Shown here piece by piece: positions 39,201 through 52,715 of a stretch of 64,000 bases of DNA. The notes beneath the pieces were generated by a model. That model worked only from the letters and a program-made list of their open reading frames with translations. It was not told where the DNA came from and ran no database searches. Made by a program: the position numbers and the translations under genes. This DNA comes from Takakia lepidozioides (taxonomy: Eukaryota; Plantae; Bryophyta), in contig CM060734.1 in NCBI GenBank assembly GCA_030704615.1, forward strand, positions 3,472,001 through 3,536,000, given 5' to 3'. Position 1 is the first letter of the stretch; each line of letters starts with the position of its first letter.

Positions 39201-42200
39201 TCCTAGTTGCTACCCCAAAAGCCATTGCAAACTTAGCCTGTGACCACTTCCAGCATTTGTTTCTCAGTGATCGCAATAGCTTGGACCCAACTCCCTCTCA
39301 AACCTACCCCTTCCATCCTTACTTCTCAAAATCTCATCCCTGGAGGGAGAGTTTACCGAGATGGAGTTACAAAATGCTTTGGATAGGCCTTCAGAGAATA
39401 AAGTTCGGGTCGGGTGCGGGGCCGTTATGATGGTATTTCAGTTTCCAGAACCCTCTGGGCTGACATCTCCCCACACTTGTCTCTATGGCAAACCACGTGT
39501 GTTCCAGGCAAGGCTCAATGCCGTCCTCTCTTTCGCAAGGTGTTAATACCTTACTATACAAGAAGGGAGATAGAACCAATGTGGCAAACTACCGCCCCAT
39601 TATTTTGTTAAGGGTGATGTATAAAATTATTGCCAAAGCTTTGGCTCTGAGACTCCGAGAGGACCGCCTTCTGCCATCCATCATTAGACCAAACCAAATC
39701 GGTTTTATAAAGGGGGGATACATCTTGGATAACCTCTTAGTAGCTCAAGAGCTCCCAGAATATGCAACCAAAAACACCAAGGAGCTATTGAATAGGCTTA
39801 CTGGATTTCAGAAATCCATTTGATAGGTTTGAATTGGAGCGTTACCTCCTTGCAGCTATGCAAAAAATTGGCTGTCCACCCTCATTCTGTAAATGGGTTA
39901 GAATCCTCCTCACTACCTCTTCCAACCGAGTGATCATTAATGGCCACCTATCTTCATCCTTTCCCCTTAAAGGTCAAGCTCGACAAGGGTGCCCTTTATC
40001 GCTGTTTCTGTTTCTTGTGGTGGCTTATTCCCTAGGGGTACATGCGGACAAGGCTGGACACACAAACATGAGAATCATCTCATCAAGGGCCTTCGAATTA
40101 CCAGTTACATTACCAGACAATATATTTACCTGGTCCATTCGATGTTTGTGGACGATACATTTCTAAAGTTGCAGGCCACAACAGAGAATCTCAATGCCAC
40201 AGGAGAAACACTGAATACGTTCTGGTGAGGCTTCAGGCTTTAAGGTCAACTGGAACAAGACTGCTGCCCTTTTGGTAGGGGATCTCTCAGCCTCAATGCT
40301 TGGTTCTCCACCCTCTTGGGGGGTTCAACAAGGCCTTAAATGGCTAAAACCAGGAGAATCGACCACCTTGTTAGGCTACACATTTGGAGTTAACCTTCGG
40401 ACGAGCAAAAAATTGCTCCGACACTCACCACATATAAGAGAAAAATGGCCTTTTGGGGCTCCAAGCACATGTCTATTACTGGTCGGGTACTTGCAGCAAA
40501 CCAAATCTTGTCTGGTATTTTGCTTTTTCCGGGAGACCAAACACCAAATAGGTCAAAGAGGTAAACCGCCTCACTAGAAATTTCATCTGGGGCGCGGAAA
40601 TATCTGCCCAATCTAAGAGACCACAAGTTTCATGGACACAAATCTGAATGCAACAGAAAAAAGGAGGCCTTGGTCTCTTGGACCCAGAAACCCAGATAAC
40701 ATCTCTCTTAGGAAAATTGATCCCTAGATTTTTGGGCCCAGAAAGAGGCTGGTGGAAATTCCTAATTTTTTTATCACCTTACTATGAACAAGTGAAAGCA
40801 TCCTAATGTGTACCACTGACACTCTTGAAAAGGACTAAATTTTGAATCCTGGCCCGTTACGCCGCGGCGCGTGGACATGACATATTGCAATGAAAACGTG
40901 ATGGATTTGACGGATGATAGTGGGCACCTCGACCCCATCCATCGGATGCTCGTACATCACCCTCTTTGTACACCTCCAATTTTTGAGTTTAGATACTAAC
41001 TCAACTCCTTTTGCCCCCATTTGCTTTCCCCGCATCGCATCCAGGCCGAGTTTGGGGTGTTTAATGCCTACTTCAGTGCTGCAGATGCTCTTATATATTT
41101 TTTGAATTTTTTTGATATATTTTTAATTTTAAAACAACTTGCAATGAATGTTACATTGTTTGTAAGAACCCCTTTTGGCCTCAAATTCAAATTGGAGGAC
41201 CTTTTAGCCATTTCAAGGACTTGGCCTTCCTCCCTTTTCAGAGAGCCAGCTAAACACTTTTGGTGAAAGAACTATGTTCAAATTTTTACGTCTAGTAGTA
41301 CCAAAGTTTGGTGCCCCTAAATTATGCATACCGCATAGTAGAAAATTCCTATGAGAATGGGTTTTTCTGGTTTTGCAGGTCTGCTGTCATTTTTTGCATT
41401 CTTCCATACCTTACATAAGCACCTAAAAAACCTTGATAGGACCTTCACATGTTATGGTGTGTTTAAAATGTAGTCCTAAAGACTACAACACACACGGTTG
41501 GACATTTGGAACCTTGTGCTATTCCACGACTCCTTTAGGAACCCCTTAAACTTGTCCAATCACAAAATAAGTTATATGGGCATGACAAGAACTTCAAGGG
41601 CTTTCCAATGATATAATATATATATGGTTTCATGTGAACTAAATATCCTAAATTTGGATTGATTGCGGGCATATATGTGCTGGAAAACAGAATGTGACAT
41701 CTTTTTTTAGTCCTTTTAGTGTACTTTGACATGACCATCTCCCCTTAAAACCTCCACCTGGCAGTCCTTTTTACGCTGGATAGTGCATGGCTTCAATCTC
41801 AAAAAAGTGGGGTCTTCCCTATGGTCAACATTTGGGTCTTCGGGGGGCAGATTGCGGAAATTCTTGACAAAGTCCTTGCCAAGTTTCTTCTATGAAACTC
41901 TCAGACAACATCTGTTCTAAGTCTCCAACCTCCCTAGGTCCATGCAAAGAAACCAAGCAAAAAGATGGTCGGAGTGGGATAATCATGGCATTTCCAAGCT
42001 GAATGACATTTGGGAGAATAACTCTCTTGTATCCCAGGATGTCGTGGGCCTCAAGGTGGGGAAACCAAGAGGCAGAACCCAGAGGCTACCCAACCCTCCT
42101 GCAAAACATTCCAATCCCTTGGTTGACAACCTGGCGAATGGACCACCTCTCCCCTCTCCAAACTCTTGGGCCCTAGTTATTCTTAATGGAAAGTTAACCA

Positions 42201-43074
42201 TCCTGTTCGTTATGTTCTCACACCCTTGCAACTCTCAGTTTATACCTTCAAAATCAACACCATTTCTCTGGCTCTCAAGCTACTTTCCCCTCTTCCTATC
42301 CACATACAACCAACACCCCTCACCCCGGTCAGAATATGTTACTGGACTTCACCTGTTAAGGCAATGAACCCAGAACCCCCACTTACGGAATCAACACGTG
42401 CTTGGCTGGCTTCGAACTTCTTTGTGTGGATCTTAGGTAGACCGCTTGCTGAGTTAGATCTGGATCCCTTGGAATGGTCATGGACCTTCTCTAGATCTCC
42501 GGAACCATTCTTCCCTTATTCCACCAAGAAAAGATATAGAGCCCTCTCTAAAACGCAACCTATGAAAAACAAGTGGGAAGCAAAGTGGGGAAACTATGGA
42601 TTTCAAGATGAGAAGTGGGTAGTCATTTGGGGTTCGGTTTGGATCAAAACAAGACCGGTTAAGATAGCTGCTTTTCTATGGCAAATAGCTAATAGGGTGC
42701 TTAAAGTAGGTGAATGGCTGCAATTTCAAGATGCCCTGCTATGCACCTGTTGTTCACATGGTGTCATGGAAACCTTAGAGCACTGCTTACTTCTCTGTAC
42801 ACCTCCTGTTATGGTTTGGCCTCAAGTCAAAACCTTCTACCGCCACTGGAAACCAAGAATCCTTTCAGCCACAGACCTGCTCTTGAATTACGATCCAGTC
42901 ACCAAATCAAGAGCCATTACCTGTCTTGAAACCCTCAGAGCCTCAACCCTCTGGCATCTTTGGAAGATAAGATGTAAAAAGACTTTCTCAAGGCAGACTA
43001 CCACTGTCTCCTCCTTGCTTCCTATCTGCAATATGGAACCAGAGACAATTGAACACTCTCTTCTGTTCTGCTAA
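36213..43074 (+). mobile_element. Degenerate L1-clade LINE (ORF1-like region, ORF2 from ~37931), interrupted by an insertion
   Basis: APE motifs SWNIRGL, IIILQEHKL and GDFNMVE. RT motifs LLYKKGDRTNVANYRPIIL, RQGCPLS and MFVDD. zf-RVT-like CTCC..ETLEHCLLLC. Many stops and frameshifts. Confidence 0.9.
40765..41755. mobile_element. AT-rich non-coding insertion interrupting LINE ORF2; class unresolved
   Basis: LINE coding similarity stops after GWWKFLI (~40765) and resumes near 41760. The homologous stretch of the second LINE is continuous. Confidence 0.55.
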
Positions 43075-44237
43075 TAGGTAAAAATTTAATGACCATATGT
43101 AACACATGTACTCTTGCACATTTTGACAATAATGTATAGCTTAGATGAGTTAGACACTTGTATCCATTATCAACTTAAGATGTATATTTTGAATCCCACT
43201 AAAATTAGGCCATACACTTTTTTTTTGATATGTATAAAAAATCAACATCTAATATATTACTAGCCTAGTTAAATGACACTCGTAAACACATTTTTCCTAC
43301 ACTTTTTCATATATATATGGTTACATGTCTGAAAATTTGTCATACATTTTATTAATATGTCATGTAGCGTAGCACAAATCCACTTAAATGACATTCTGAA
43401 TTCCATTTTTGCACAGTTCTGTATTTGTGTATGGTGGAGATGTATTAGAATGTGCTATACACATTTGGGAATATGTGTGAGATAAGGTAGCCTACCCTAT
43501 CACCGACCCCTTTCCTAATTCCGCCCCACCCCCACAAAAAAAAAATCCTTAAACCATCCTTGGCATCCTTGGCAAACGTGCTGGACCCACGGATGGAATT
43601 ATCCTAAAAAATGGACGAAATTTGGTTCATTCCATCCTGTGGATGGATGACATTATTAATGTTCATTTACACATGACGGTGCGTTTTAATGCAATCTATT
43701 AAGTGTTTTTATATTTTAACGACGTGCGTTTTTGAACGAGATTGTTCTCGCGGCTTCCAAATGTCGAGTTCGGTTCTGCGGACTAGTGTCGATGGATATG
43801 TGTTTGTAGAGACGACATTGCGTGAATCACAGCTTGTTTTACCGAAACTACACGATTTGTTTTTGCTCAACAGTGTCACGAGATTACAAAGTTTGCATGA
43901 TGGATCATATTCTTCTTTCTCACGATATTGCAGAGTAGAGGTCGCGAGTTATGTACTTCACTGTCACGCTGCTGTAGATTAGAGGTTACAATCCTAAACT
44001 TATTCGATGTGGTCTTAGATTTGGTCTTAAGTTTCAAGGGATCTAGTCCAACGTCTACTCTCTCGTTGTAGAAATGAATTCAACTGCTTTCACTCCTCAC
44101 AGATCTACCTCTCAAGTCAGTAGGCACTCTATCCGTTCTTTGCACTACAGGGACACCAACGATGTCAGTTACACACCTCTATCTACACGTAGAATCTCTC
44201 ACTCCAACATGATCTCAGTAGCAATGACGTATATGGA

Positions 44238-46424
44238 ATGCAATTTGCACAAACACAGAGTCAGTTTGACATACCAATTCTAGATGCAACTTGCGACCAA
44301 CGTTCAGCCACACCATTTAGAGATTTGACCAATCAATCTCCCCCCTTGCCTGCAAACTCAAATCCATGTCACGACTTGCTACCTCGAAACAGATCAAAGA
44401 AGAAAAGAGGACAATGGTCAAGCGAGGATTTGGAACACGCCATGAATGCTATAGAGGAAGGTATGGAGCTTAAGAAGGCTGCTCGTTTGTGGGGTATCCC
44501 TCCCTCGTCCCTTCGAGATCACCTCACAGGAAAAACCAAAAGTCGCAAAGTGGGAGCTGCATCAGTTCTATCAAAAGATGAAGAAGATGAAATTGTGAAG
44601 TGGGTGTTGGAGATGCAAGAACCGGTTCATCAATTGAAGCTCAAGGTTGCAGAGATAACTCAAGAGCGCGTCACCCCATTCATCAACGGCATACCTGGAG
44701 CAAGTTGGTGGAGATGGTTCAAACAACGACATCCACAAATTTCCCTGCGAGTTGCACAAGGGCTGGAAGTTAGTCGAGCCAAAGCCCTCAATGAAGAAAA
44801 TTGTCAGAGCTTCTATTCTAACCTCCAAAAAATGTACAATGAGCATCATTACTATCCATCACATATCTGGAATTGTGATGAAAGCGGTGTCCAGGCTGGA
44901 CGCACAAGTGGTGTCAGAATTATGGCAAAACGAGGTACACATCACGTCTATGGCCTTATTCCCAAAGCAAGAGAGTGGATGTCTGTCTTAGCTTGCATCA
45001 ATGCTGCAGGTTATTCCATGCTAGGGTTCTACATCTTGAAGGGAAAGCGAACGATGAGAAATTATATCCAAAAGTGTGAATCAGGCGCCACCATGGGTAT
45101 GCAAGAGAAAGCTTGGATGAACAAGGCTTTATTCAAATCTTGGTTGTCTCATTTTGTTCAAAATGCCCCTGGAGGTGTTTCACCCAGCAATAGACATTTG
45201 CTAATTCTTGATGGCCATGGATCCCATGTAACAAAAGAGGCTGTCTTGCAAGCTAGGGAGCGAAGAATTGACCTTCTCACTCTACCTGCTCACACGAGCC
45301 ATGCATTACAACCACTAGATGTGACATGCTTTAAGCCTTTCAAAACAGCTTTCAAAATGGAGCGAGATAGGTGGACATTGTCTCATCTTCATATCAACCC
45401 CGAAAAAGAAGACCTTGCCGAATGGGTGTCCTTGTCTTTGAGGGCAGCATTGACACCTACAAACATCAGATCCGGGTTTTCTTCCACTGGAATATGGCCC
45501 CTTAATCCCAATAGCTTGAGGAGAACAACACCATCTCGAGCTTTTATCTCAACAAACGATGGGGAACCAAGTTCTGGATCTGAAACTGAATCAGGTGACG
45601 ATGTTGAAGAGGAAGAAGAGCTTAACAACAATTTGCCTACTCACCAACAACAACCTAGTATGGGGGAACTTGGCCACCACTACTACGTAGAAGGTTCTAT
45701 CAATGACACGCAAGACAACAATGGGGACAGCGTCCACAATTGTGATGAAGATTCACAACCTCCAATTGAAGATGTTGAGCACAACAATGGAGGCTTTGGA
45801 TCAGATTCTGCCCATGACAACCTGCAAGAACCGATAGACAACGACCATCGACCATGTCCTGCAGGAATTTCACGGTTCTTATCCCTCCCCCAAATCCAAA
45901 TTCATGCTTCCAAGAAACATAATGCTGAGCCGATTATTGATTACACAAAGTCATTGATCATGACTTCAGATGAGTACCTTGTTGCCTTAGAACAAAAGGC
46001 AAAGAAAAAAGAGGAAGCTGAAAGAGAACGAGAGAGAAGGAGAGTTGATAGAGAAACAAGGAGATCCAACCTAGCTAATGAAAAGAAAGCACGACAAGTT
46101 GAGCATGTTGTAAGGGAGCAAGAGAGGGCTGCAAGAAAAGCCTTCAATCAGCGTTGGTCAGCCCATAGTGTTAGGGCTATTGGTGAGAAGCTCCATTCAG
46201 ATTTCAGGGCTAACATACAACCAGACCCTCATGGTTATAAAGCACCCTACTGTGGGGCAATCCCTGTGGTGTGCAAGAACAACCAACGCATTGCAATGGA
46301 TCGCAGAAGACTGAAGAAAAAAGGTGAGAGCCATTCTCATCTTCCTGCGTTGACCGAGATTGCAACAAGTACCTCTATTTCAGGCCTTCCAACTGCAGGT
46401 GCTCCATCAATCCGACGGGCATAA
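44238..46424 (+). CDS. pogo/Fot1-like (Tc1-mariner superfamily) DDE_1 transposase, open 728-aa ORF
   Basis: HTH_psq-like WSSEDLEHAMNAI..AARLWGIPPSSLRDHL, CENP-B HTH (WWRWFKQRHP), and catalytic WNCDESG, LLILDGHGSH, LQPLDVTCFKPFK. Acidic and coiled-coil C-terminus. TIRs not identified. Confidence 0.92.
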   Translation: MQFAQTQSQFDIPILDATCDQRSATPFRDLTNQSPPLPANSNPCHDLLPRNRSKKKRGQWSSEDLEHAMNAIEEGMELKKAARLWGIPPSSLRDHLTGKTKSRKVGAASVLSKDEEDEIVKWVLEMQEPVHQLKLKVAEITQERVTPFINGIPGASWWRWFKQRHPQISLRVAQGLEVSRAKALNEENCQSFYSNLQKMYNEHHYYPSHIWNCDESGVQAGRTSGVRIMAKRGTHHVYGLIPKAREWMSVLACINAAGYSMLGFYILKGKRTMRNYIQKCESGATMGMQEKAWMNKALFKSWLSHFVQNAPGGVSPSNRHLLILDGHGSHVTKEAVLQARERRIDLLTLPAHTSHALQPLDVTCFKPFKTAFKMERDRWTLSHLHINPEKEDLAEWVSLSLRAALTPTNIRSGFSSTGIWPLNPNSLRRTTPSRAFISTNDGEPSSGSETESGDDVEEEEELNNNLPTHQQQPSMGELGHHYYVEGSINDTQDNNGDSVHNCDEDSQPPIEDVEHNNGGFGSDSAHDNLQEPIDNDHRPCPAGISRFLSLPQIQIHASKKHNAEPIIDYTKSLIMTSDEYLVALEQKAKKKEEAERERERRRVDRETRRSNLANEKKARQVEHVVREQERAARKAFNQRWSAHSVRAIGEKLHSDFRANIQPDPHGYKAPYCGAIPVVCKNNQRIAMDRRRLKKKGESHSHLPALTEIATSTSISGLPTAGAPSIRRA

Positions 46425-48681
46425 GGACACATGTTGTTTTGACACAAAAATCCAACATCATATCGCTAAGTTATGAATGGAATTTTTTCTTTTGCAGGTT
46501 GTATAGATGTTCAAATCTCCCAAGGTTCTACTAAAAACATTATGCATGTATGAGTAGTCAGTCCACTAAGGATTGCATCTTCAAAAAGACAATTGTGCGT
46601 GCTATACCGTATGTGTGCTCGCGGTGATGCAGGACAAAAGATTGAGGGCTATGCCTACACAAAGGTGCTGGTGTAGGTATCAAAGCAAAACAATTTTTTT
46701 TGGCTGGTATGTGCTCTTACTTGATAAGCTGCTTTTGAAGTCATTTTTAATACATCGATCATGTACTTTTTGGTCACGGTGCGTAACCACTGGGTATCTG
46801 TACGAAGCTTTGAGGAAGAGGCTAGTAAAAAACAACAAACCTAGAGCTCGGAACTAAGTAATGTGCTCATCCTACCTTCCCCATGTGTCCATCTCTTTAT
46901 TCTCCTAGAAACGGTTGGCAACTCACTTTGTCCAAACAGGTTCCCTTTGAGCATCGTAGACCCTGCAGCCAAATATATCCTGCAAAATAACCAACCCCTC
47001 TCCATGAACAGATAGATACCCATGACAGAGTGTGGGGAACATAACAGATCCCTGGATGTGTACTAAGAAGTCACATCTGATCATGTCAGGGTGTCTAAAA
47101 CCGCTGGTATGGATTACAGTTTGCTCAGAAGTTTGATTGAATTCTTTACATGATCAACACTCGGGCAAAAAGCGAAATACCACAATAGGAAAGGGGCTGA
47201 GCAGATATTGACAATGCCCTCAGGTAAGTGTAGACTGTAACCACACCAGCACTTCACAAATTCACATGCAAATGCACAGGCTTTCAAATATTTACAGCCC
47301 TATGTGAAATTTGTGAAATATGGCATTTCACCAAGTACCTCATAGAATACCTCCAGGAATTCTCCGATGGATTGATGAAGAATTGCAACGAAAGGAATTC
47401 CAGTTTCAAACACTGGATGCTACACCAAAGACTTCACACATTGTATTTCTCTCACAAATGTGCTTCAAGCTTACCAGGGCATGGGACAGGAGCAGCCTGA
47501 ATCGCAATTTTTACATCAGCCAGAGCAACATTCCGGCTCACTAAAAATGGATGCAAATGCTGCCACCGACCCGCTCCACATCACAACTCGGCAACCGATG
47601 GGCTTGGGCAGTGAGAACTTGTTTCATTATGAGTGAGGATGACTACTTGATAAGCTCAGTGCCAGCATTGAGATCGCACAATCCACTTGGGGGTGTTGAC
47701 CACAAACAGCCCATGGCAGGATGGTGTAGTCATGGAGGCCCTTGCCAGAGCTAATTACATGAAGCATTTCAGCTTTAACAGTCACCTGCCCTTGACCAAA
47801 ACATAGAGTGCAAACAAACCATTCAAGAATGTCCATTTTCAAAATAAGGGCCTCTTCCCGTGGAGTAAAAAAAGTACCATGTTGTCCAAGCCAGAAATAG
47901 CTCAGGTCCCAGTTGATTCCTGCTATTTGCAAAGTTGTACATGAAGGTGTACATTATGGAAGTAGGTTCTGAAACTCCAACAATCAGCAGTCGCTGGCCT
48001 CCAATAACGGACTGAATCATCCCACACACTGCTGTGGATATCAGCGTTAGCACTGCTATGAATTATGTAATCTTTGTGATAAAGAGAAAAGACTGCAACC
48101 GTTGACAATGTACAATATGAACAACCTACCAGAGACGTGGAGAATAACAACTTGGGAACAACCACATCGGTAACCAATACATCTAGAGAAACCCTAGAAT
48201 TGAACAGTTGAAAGACAGTCACGCATCACATCACACTTCCAGGCTTCAAGTGCATATAGGGAAAATTTTCAATCGCCATTATTTACATTTTGTAGTGCTT
48301 CCTCTCCTACCAAGTGGACTTTGGGAGACACTTACTTGTATCCATATCAACATGCTCACCAAATGCGATCACCAGAAGTGCTGACACAAAAAAAGATATA
48401 CAATGTAGGGACCAAGATTCTGCAGTTACCACCACCAAACAGGGCGGCGAAATGGGAGCCCACTAGCCAAAGGGCTTGACAATATAGATGCACTGCATTC
48501 CTGCAATGACATAATGTAGGGAATTGCAAATATGGCATCCTCCACCAAAGCCTCGATGCAAACAGTGATTACATAATATGAAATAGTTACACACTGTACC
48601 AGTCCACAAGCACTAAGAATCACAAAACACCTACAGTGATTACTTGTCCCTCTCCATTCCCGGTGGGCGCACACTTCCTCA

Positions 48682-49269
48682 ATGCCGCCATGTGAAAATG
48701 CCACCTGCATTCGACGGAGTGGGATTCGAGGTTCGCGATTGTGTGAGCCGGTGATGGGAGACATTACGGTGGAGTTGGACTTCAGTGAAGGTACACGCAT
48801 GGTGACGAGTTTCCGAGCACTTCTGCGGGATTCTGTTTGGGTGAGGCCTGCCAGTGGACAATAGTGGATACTTGTTGTGCGAGATAGACCTCGAAGACGG
48901 AGTGTTCGTCTCTTCATCATGAGATGTTGCTGCGGCGAGTTCTCGAGGTCTTACTTCCATAACTATACTGCACCTCCACAGTATTTGCTCCCGGATAGGG
49001 CTCTTGAGTTGCTCACTCACTCTTCTGGGCCAGGGAATATATTGTTGACACTAAGGGAGAATCGGAACAAGTTTGTCCTGGATGTTTGCGAATTTCACGA
49101 CGCTGTGGAGGAGGTCCCACCTGGGCTCCAATATCTGCATGTTTTCACGAACGTGACCTCTATAGATATCTTGTATCTTTATGTACGCCATCTTAATCCA
49201 GAAAACGGCAATGCACAGTGGACGACTACCGCACCACTCCTAATTCTGGACATGTGGTTCGACGACTAG
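48682..49269 (+). pseudogene. Family X copy 3 (remote homolog; in-frame TAG at 48862)
   Basis: MPPC..C..GDITV..*WILVVRD..RRRSVRLFIMRCCC..GNILL follows the motif order of X1/X2 (GDIIVW, PWVLKIVD, RWNCC, GDIRL). Similar length and the same position upstream of a GCTCAT tract. Confidence 0.45.
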
Positions 49270-49764
49270 GTGGTTCATGTTGTGGATGTCAACGAAGCAG
49301 CATAGAGCGTTAAGGATCATTGTGGAGGGTGATTGGAGGGCACAGGCTCCGGGTTATGGTAGTTCCACAGGTTTCTTATGCCGCAGTGGTCCATTTCTGA
49401 TGATGGAAGCTCGGAGTTGTCGCTGTACAAAATAAAAACTTGTAGTTTCCTGATGTTTGTATTTCGAGCGTGTATGGCAATTTTCTGTCATGTCAATGTG
49501 GGGTTGATGTTGTGTTGAATGGGGTTTGCAAGTTGAATTGTCGTCTGACCCTAAATATATTACCCTGTCAGCACAATGGCTTGTGAGGGCTACAAGTTTG
49601 TGTCTCTTTCCTGTCCTGCACAATGTTTTACAGTCGTGACGTGGAATAATGGCGTCGAAATACCTCATTCCGCATCCTGGACCAGGAGAAACAGACCCTA
49701 TTATCGATGTATGAGGACATAATACCGTCAATAAAGGCACAAAAATTCCAATTCCGCGGATGCC

Positions 49765-49820
49765 CGCTCATGAGCTCATAGGCTCATAGGCTCATGGGCT
49801 CATGGGCTCATGAAATAGTA
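49765..49820. repeat. (GCTCAT[G/A]G)n tract ending GAAATAGTA
   Basis: Homologous to 23340-23386. Confidence 0.75.
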
Positions 49821-50210
49821 AACCTCCAGGGATCAGGCTTGCGTTGACGGAAGCCTGATTTGGGTTGGAATGGAGCTTGGTGTATCCAGCCGAGTGTGTT
49901 ATAGAGGTCTGTTGTGAGGCTGCGGAGTTCATAGTTGGTGGGTTCAGGGTCCCTCTAGACTGTGAGGGATGGGTCTATTTTTGGGTCTGCAGCAGGCTCG
50001 CGTTAACACAAGCCTGGTTCATGACAACCATCAGTTTTGTTGAAGTGACAGGGAAAACAACTTCTTGGGTGTCAAGGCTCATGGATCAGGCTTTCGTTGA
50101 CGCAATAATGACTGTATGAATGTTTTGTAAATTGTTACAGCGAAGGTTTTGTAACTGCTATCATGTATGTCTTGTACTTATATTGATTTCTGTTCTGGCT
50201 GTCACCGCAG

Positions 50211-52335
50211 ATATATCCACATAGTGCTTTTTCCAGAGGGGTTTCTAAGCGCATACCCATTCTTCATTGACAGCTGGGCAAAGACAAATCCGGACACAAC
50301 TATGTACACAGCGGGAATTCTGGAGGACTGGAGCAGGTCCCATTTGAAAGACTGTGGCTGGTACCTGGACTGCCCCAAACAATCCACACCCTGGGAGGAG
50401 AACGTCCTTCGGAACTTGAATGACAATGCCAAGGCTCTTGCTCCACTTACGGATAGGCAGCTACAGTTGAGAGATCTCCGGCTTTTGAGAGCAACGGAAC
50501 CGGTTGTGAATCCGAGCCCAAAAAAGAAGGGTGGAAAGAAAAAGGATAAAAAGAAAGAGGGCGAACAAAGCCAGGCAGCGGCTGCTGTGGCAGGAGGGGC
50601 TCAGAGGGGGTCACATCTCACTCTGTCAGATCAGCCATACGAGGCCCTACCTAACCATGGCAGAGGTGTGGCCACGGGATTCCAATACAAGACTGTGAAC
50701 GAAAGCTTCTTGGACATGATGGAATCAAGGAGGAAAGGCGGCACAATCAAGGAGAAGTCCCCGACTTGGGAGACACTGTCTTCATTCCTCACTATGGTAA
50801 ATTCCCTCTACATTCCACCCTCCTTGTCATTTGTTTTTGCAGTGTGTTCACAAGTCCTGTAAGTGGGATTGATTTTTTTTTTTGGTGTGAAGGCTGGGAA
50901 AGGTCCATCCTGGGTGAACGGAGAGAAGAAACCCTTTGCCTGCGAGCTCGTTGTTGTGGACATTCCAGACGGGCTTCCAGTCCCATATCTCCCTCCGAAA
51001 GGTGTCACTCCGTCCTAGAATGAATGGGACGAGCACTACTGGCCTTGGGTCTTCAAATTTGTGGGAACTTCTTGGCTGACAATGGGTGTTTCCTCATCCT
51101 CCAAGCAGCCAATTCAAAGTGCAGACGACTACCGGACAATTTTCTGAAGTCTGGTGGGATAAAGGTGATTAAAAGCTGGAATGGAGTTAACAGTCTCTCA
51201 CTTACAAAGGGGGACTTCCCAAGCCAGAAGGTATGTCATATCCTCCATTACAAACAATCTTGTGGAAATGTTTCCCGTGTTTGGATTGCTCTATTTTTCT
51301 CTTGCGCTGCCAATCTCCTCTTCCATCCTTGCGTTGACGCAAGCATGGTTCAATGGTGTCCTCTGCTCATTCCCTTGGTCTTCCCTCGGTGCTCTCTCCA
51401 CTGACTCCTATGTTTTGATTTCGTAGACACGAGCTTTTGACGCGCACTGTCTCGTAAGAGAACGCCACCCATCGACACCATCATCTGTGAAGGAGTTCGA
51501 GGTCTTGAAAGGGGGAACGCATGTTGACTCGTCTTGCGATCCGATAGATGATGATTTCATCTACAACTACGTGGACGCCTCACTTACTGTGCTGCGGACT
51601 TCCGGAGAGCCATGGAGAGGTGGAGAAGAGTCCTGCCTTCATGCAGACAGTCATCGAGTCTTGCAGCATTGAAGGGTCCCGAGTTGTTGACCTCACTCTT
51701 GGAACAGGTTTGTGCCTTCACACTCTCGCAAATTCTGCCTACATTGTTGTTGACAGAGATTGCAGGTGCACCTATCTTTGCTCATTTTCTGGATTCTGGA
51801 TGCAGGGGCATCGTTCCATGCCTGCAAGGCAGCGGGAAGACATTTGTTCGCCTTTGAGGGAGATGTCGAGCTGTACAAAGAGGTGATAGCTCCCCTCCAT
51901 GAGGGCTCAACCTCAGGCACACAGATAGATGCGGCGGTCGCAGCAGTGCCGTTGGAACACGAGGACATGGAAATTGACGACGATTTTGATTGTGAGTAAG
52001 TCGTCTGCTTTTTCTTTTTTACATGGAACTCCTTTGTGTCGTCGGAGTTGGGGCAGCTCATGAATGTTTGCAATGTTTTTTGCAGGAGCCCTACAATACC
52101 AAGGTTCATCCCTTTCTTTGCGAACCCGGACTTCTTCCCAAGTCCACCTCCCATGCTTGAATTGCCATGTTATGCTGAGGCTGCAGCAAGATCATTTGCT
52201 CTCGAAGCATCTCCCCCTCGTCTGGTTTGTGGCAGGAAGGGACGTGTGCATAGAGGGACTATGGTGTTTATTGATAGTTGTACTTTGGTTTCGAATGCAA
52301 TGTCCTCTGACCGTGGATCTCCGAAATCGAAATAA
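50211..52335 (+). pseudogene. Copy C: 3' half (MTase-like domain) of the ParB-like/MTase-like gene, degenerate
   Basis: HLKDCGWYLD, VNESFL, CELVVVDIPDG, FDAHCLVRE, VDSSCDPIDDD, EKSPAFMQTVIESCSIEGSRVVDLTLGTG/ASFHACKAAGRHLFAFEGD and IPFFANPDF align to copy A, with shared intron positions. Contains stops and frameshifts. Confidence 0.8.
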
Positions 52336-52439
52336 TCCAAATTTTTTCAGACTTTGTGTAGATAATGCAATACCAAGTTCTATGATTTCAATCATGCGTG
52401 TGCCTCTCCACCTGTTCTTATATTCAAAACTTCCTTCAT

Positions 52440-52715
52440 GTATGTTCATTAATCCATCCGATAGACGTCAACAATAGAAGCACTCAGCATCCATACTCTT
52501 GCGAAACATTTATCCAATGCTGTGAGCATTCATTAATCCATCGGTGTGCCGGATTACATCCAAAAAAATCCAATAATCATCCATCAATCTTACACCATCC
52601 ACAAAACTTTCATCCACCTTTCATTCATTTATCATCCAATTGCCATCCAGTTTTTATCCAACATTCATCCAGCATCCATCCGGCATTCATCCTCGTCCCA
52701 TCCACATGCGCCCAA
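52440..52715. repeat. Cluster of CATCC/ATCCA motifs
   Basis: Many CATCCA/TCATCC copies directly downstream of copy C. Confidence 0.7.

Noticed and set aside
46850-48250. Possible degraded multi-exon gene on the minus strand
   Set aside because: Some splice-like signals and short open stretches, but no recognisable motif; cannot be supported.
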